IMG/VR virus record: IMGVR_UViG_3300032291_002057
Location: 78,305 to 114,406 of that record
DNA from: a virus
Lineage: Duplodnaviria > Heunggongvirae > Uroviricota > Caudoviricetes
Direction: 5' to 3' (one strand)
Length of the DNA stretch: 36,102 nucleotides
Made by a program: the position numbers and the translations under genes. Below the pieces are notes generated by a model. It ran no database searches. It saw only the letters and a list, made by a program, of their open reading frames with translations, and had not been told where the DNA came from. Position 1 is the stretch's first letter. Each line of letters begins with the position of its first letter. Positions 33,743 through 36,102 of the stretch are shown here, in pieces.

Positions 33743-34507
33743 ATGAAATTAAAATACATTGATAGCGTAACCATAAAACTTGTTGTAGCCTTTATTATAA
33801 CACTTATTGCCATACCTTATTGGTTTTATTCCGGCGGTACCTTGTTAGGATTTATATTAGTAAGAATAATTGCAAATCAAATACAAGCTACAGGTACAAT
33901 CGGATACCACAGATGGTTATGTCATAACAGTTTTAAACCTAATGTATTTGGAAAATACTTTATGTTATTTGGAATAATAACAAGTGGGATAGGAAGACCT
34001 TTCCATTATGTAATTAGTCACATGTTACACCATCGTCATACTGATACTGAACTTGATCCGCAGTCTCCTAAATACTTAACCTTCTGGGAATTATTCTGGG
34101 GAAGATTACGAATCAACTCCGGCATTCCTTTACCAAAACATTTTATGCGAAATAAAGAAGCAATGTTTGTTAACACATACTACTGGCATCTATATTTTAC
34201 ATTCAATATAATTTTAGCAATAATTGATTTACCTACTGCATTGATCTTTTGCCCTATAACATTAGTTCAGGCTTGGATGGGTGCAACAGTGTTAAACTAT
34301 AACGGTCATGCAGGTAATAAAAATAAAGATGAAATACAACCAACTAATCTACCTACATGGATAAATATACTTTCATGGTCCGGTGAGAATCTACACAAAA
34401 ATCATCACGAAAATCCAAGTTCTTATCACTTTGACGGCCATGGACGTAAAGATATTATGCGCTGGTATGTCGAAGGTTTGTTAATGTCTAAGAAACAAAA
34501 TGTCTAA
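33743..34507 (+). CDS. Membrane fatty-acid desaturase-like protein 4 (start probably MKLKY)
   Basis: GYHRWLCH.SF, HMLHH.HTDTE.DP.SP, GE.LHKNHH. Confidence 0.9.
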   Translation: MKLKYIDSVTIKLVVAFIITLIAIPYWFYSGGTLLGFILVRIIANQIQATGTIGYHRWLCHNSFKPNVFGKYFMLFGIITSGIGRPFHYVISHMLHHRHTDTELDPQSPKYLTFWELFWGRLRINSGIPLPKHFMRNKEAMFVNTYYWHLYFTFNIILAIIDLPTALIFCPITLVQAWMGATVLNYNGHAGNKNKDEIQPTNLPTWINILSWSGENLHKNHHENPSSYHFDGHGRKDIMRWYVEGLLMSKKQNV

Positions 34508-34700
34508 CGAAAATAATTACATGTCATTGTACGAATTGCTTAACAAAGAATCGTATGTAAAAACAAGTAGTTGGTGTTTACCTAGTGATTTTGTAGCCGA
34601 TGAATTACTCATGCACAGAATATTTGTCAATGATAAACCTGTAATTGTAAAAGAAAAACCTTTTATACTTGCAGGTCCTGAATTCAACACCTTTAAATGA
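34500..34700 (+). CDS. Hypothetical protein
   Basis: 66 aa; overlaps the desaturase stop. Confidence 0.5.
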   Translation: MSNENNYMSLYELLNKESYVKTSSWCLPSDFVADELLMHRIFVNDKPVIVKEKPFILAGPEFNTFK

Positions 34701-34701
34701 T

Positions 34702-34775
34702 TGGCGTCCCGGGAGGGATTTGAACCCCCACCAACGGTTTTGGAGACCGACATGCTGCCGTTACACTACCGAGAC
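34702..34775 (-). tRNA. trnW: tRNA-Trp(CCA)
   Basis: Loop CTCCAAA; G73; CCA. Confidence 0.92.
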
Positions 34776-34784
34776 ATATTGAAT

Positions 34785-34999
34785 TTGTAAGTAGTGCTAC
34801 CATCGTTATTAGCACCATTCACCCGTGTAATTAAGCCGGCCGGGACTCGGTACGTTACTTGGGATTCATCCAGCTGATACGCCGTCATGTATGCTGGTCC
34901 CACTCAAGCGACCAGCCGGGCATCGAACCCGCAACCTTCTACTATACAGTACCTTCGAAGAATACTGGATAGCGTGACTTCACTTGCTAACACTTACAA
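34785..34999 (-). ncRNA. Candidate ~215-nt structured RNA with a T-arm-like hairpin
   Basis: Terminal UUGUAAGU/ACUUACAA stem; CGGG-UUCGAUG-CCCG; GCUGGUC/GACCAGC; CAGUA/UACUG hairpins. Confidence 0.55.
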
Positions 35000-35003
35000 A
35001 ACT

Positions 35004-35091
35004 TGGTGGGTGTTGATGGTAACGCTCCACGAACCCGACTTCCCATCTCTTAAGGTAACGGTTTTACAGACCGCCGACAGGGGCAACACCC
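35004..35091 (-). pseudogene. Degenerate tRNA-Tyr(GUA)-like RNA
   Basis: Acceptor GGGUGUU/AACACCC+ACCA and anticodon loop CUGUAAA intact; D-arm missing; T-loop reads AGCGUUA. Confidence 0.7.
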
Positions 35092-35104
35092 AAATTCTTT
35101 TTAC

Positions 35105-35181
35105 TATATAGAAACATACTTGATATAGGAGATTACTCTCTCACGGATGAACCCGAATTTAGTCAAATATGTTTTTATATA
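35105..35181 (-). ncRNA. Conserved-stem RNA unit 1
   Basis: UAUAUAAAAACAUA...UAUGUUUCUAUAUA terminal stem; internal CGG-GUUCAU-CCG. Confidence 0.55.
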
Positions 35182-35187
35182 ATGAAA

Positions 35188-35258
35188 TAGTGAACAGGAT
35201 TTGCACCTGTGCCCACAGCCAACATCAGCGACTGCACTCTCCTACTAAGCTATCACCA
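35188..35258 (-). pseudogene. Degenerate tRNA-Ile(GAU)-like RNA
   Basis: D-arm and CUGAUGU loop present; T-loop UGCAAAU; 6-bp acceptor; no CCA. Confidence 0.55.
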
Positions 35259-35353
35259 TATAGAAACACACTACCAGTCCCCGGGATTCGAACCCACTTC
35301 TCTTGTAGTTTACCACGACTTTTACGGTCGGGCAAGTAATGTGTTTTTATATG
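35257..35353 (-). ncRNA. Conserved-stem RNA unit 2 with tRNA-like T-arm (YrlA-like architecture)
   Basis: 17-bp terminal stem with an A:C mismatch; CGAC-CGUAAAA-GUCG hairpin; GGG-UUCGAAU-CCC. Confidence 0.6.
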
Positions 35354-35425
35354 GTAGAGGCACAGAGAATCGAACTCTGATTAATAGGTTAAAAGCCTAC
35401 TACTTTACCGTTAAGTTATACCTCC
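35352..35425 (-). tRNA. trnK: tRNA-Lys(UUU)
   Basis: Loop CTTTTAA; CCA. Confidence 0.92.
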
Positions 35426-35428
35426 ATA

Positions 35429-35503
35429 TGGTCCCTTCGCACAGATTTGAACTGTGACCTCTCGGATTAAGAGTCCGGTACGCTACCATTACGCAACGAA
35501 GGG
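35429..35503 (-). tRNA. trnK: tRNA-Lys(CUU)
   Basis: Loop CTCTTAA; CCA. Confidence 0.92.
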
Positions 35504-35527
35504 TTGGTCGTATTATTTTGATTTTAC

Positions 35528-35585
35528 GTGCCAACCCTAAACCATACGGAAGTTTAGAGTGACACTAGAGTTTACCTCGTTTCAT
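35528..35585 (-). other. Mini-ORF MKRGKL-amber followed by a 14-bp hairpin
   Basis: ATG AAA CGA GGT AAA CTC TAG; stem GUGUCACUCUAAAC/GUUUAGGG(U)UGGCAC starts at the G of UAG. Confidence 0.45.
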
Positions 35586-35586
35586 A

Positions 35587-35712
35587 TCATTCTCCTTTAA
35601 TTACTTTCTTTTGTGCTTGTCGTTCTGATTTCCAGAACACTCTCTTCCAATCTCTAAGGTGTTTCCACCATTGAGGACTACGTGTTAGAATACCTTGTTG
35701 CTTATGTGCCAC
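35587..35712 (-). CDS. 41-aa basic Trp-rich peptide (GTG start; MAHKQQGILTRSPQWWKHLRDWKRVFWKSERQAQKKVIKGE)
   Basis: AAGGAG SD 6 nt before GTG; the longer predicted N-terminus overlaps tRNA-Cys. Confidence 0.65.
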   Translation of the reverse strand: MAHKQQGILTRSPQWWKHLRDWKRVFWKSERQAQKKVIKGE

Positions 35713-35732
35713 AACGTTCTCCTTTAAAAACT

Positions 35733-35810
35733 TGGAGCACAGGGTGAGATTTGAACTCACGGTTTTACGGATTTGCAATCCGTTGCATTGGGCCGCTCTG
35801 CCACCTGTGC
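35733..35810 (-). tRNA. trnC: tRNA-Cys(GCA)
   Basis: Loop TTGCAAA; U73; CCA. Confidence 0.92.
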
Positions 35811-35815
35811 ATAAA

Positions 35816-35892
35816 GCATATAGAAACACACTATTGTTACCTTGCCCTAACCCTTGTGTTAGAGAAACTAAGGATAGTATGCTTCTATATGC
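35816..35892 (-). ncRNA. Conserved-stem RNA unit 3
   Basis: GCAUAUAGAAGCAUACUAU/AUAGUGUGUUUCUAUAUGC 19-bp stem whose two G:U pairs form only on the - strand. Confidence 0.6.
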
Positions 35893-36080
35893 TCTGCATC
35901 CCTCGGCGGTAATTATAGTACATCAGACCTTTGGAGTCATCACACATACCTTCCACCCGCTTCCCGACAGGGACCGTTATCGCATTGCTAGCGGCCTTTC
36001 GGTTTAAAGACTACCACCCGTAGCTGTCACACTACTTCTCATCGTGCGGGTCACACTATCCGGAGACACCCGGAACGTTC
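35893..36080 (-). ncRNA. Candidate ~185-nt structured RNA
   Basis: UCCGG/CCGGA, GCUAC/GUAGU, CC-GAAA-GG and UCCC-UGUC-GGGA hairpins; GC-rich and ORF-poor between tRNAs. Confidence 0.5.
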
Positions 36081-36102
36081 TGGCAGAGAGTGTGGGATTC
36101 GA
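36081..36102 (-). tRNA. 3' end of a tRNA truncated by the window edge (G73, possibly Ser)
   Basis: ...UCGAAUCCCACACUCUCU-GCCA. Confidence 0.7.

Noticed and set aside
35905-35935. CUGAUG sequence as a hammerhead core
   Set aside because: Reads CUGAUGU rather than CUGAUGA and lacks correctly placed GAAA and stems
24672-36007. ORFs 24672..24974, 34517..34753, 34887..35111, 35209..35457 and 35732..36007
   Set aside because: They overlap tRNA or structured-RNA genes; chance ORFs in GC-richer RNA sequence
1-36102. Stop-codon reassignment (code 15 or 4)
   Set aside because: Known-family genes are intact under code 11 and end in TAA/TGA; no suppressor tRNA seen

Overview
A 36-kb fragment of a large lytic dsDNA phage, T4-like as judged from paired sigma70 early promoters and (A/C)TAAATA late-promoter boxes. 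An aquatic proteobacterial host is plausible but is inference only. Layout: (1) 1-5230, + strand: Gly/Asn/Thr-rich tail-fibre genes, a LamG-like protein and a papain-family protease, ending at a bidirectional terminator. (2) 5250-17830, - strand: many small early genes, several fronted by a near-identical promoter+leader cassette. This block includes an unannotated ArfA-like peptide, TPR-glycosyltransferase, WGR, GIY-YIG, a GNAT/MCD-like protein and a phosphoesterase/kinase/phosphatase trio. (3) 17830-22215: a sugar-nucleotide/surface-modification operon and a 2OG oxygenase. (4) 22216-24430: a TROVE/Ro60-like VWA (DUF2828-type) gene flanked by candidate structured RNAs, plus a phage RNA-polymerase omega subunit. 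(5) 24450-36102: a tRNA array (15 canonical, 2 degenerate, 1 truncated). It is interleaved with an island of four membrane desaturases, several Fe oxygenases and a B12 radical-SAM enzyme, and with at least five candidate non-tRNA structured RNAs. Three of these RNAs share a conserved terminal stem. The best candidates for an undescribed system are the TROVE protein with its repeated stem-closed (Y-RNA-like) RNAs, and the late-expressed, apparently leaderless desaturase/oxygenase island. All calls come from manual motif reading; no database search or folding program was run.
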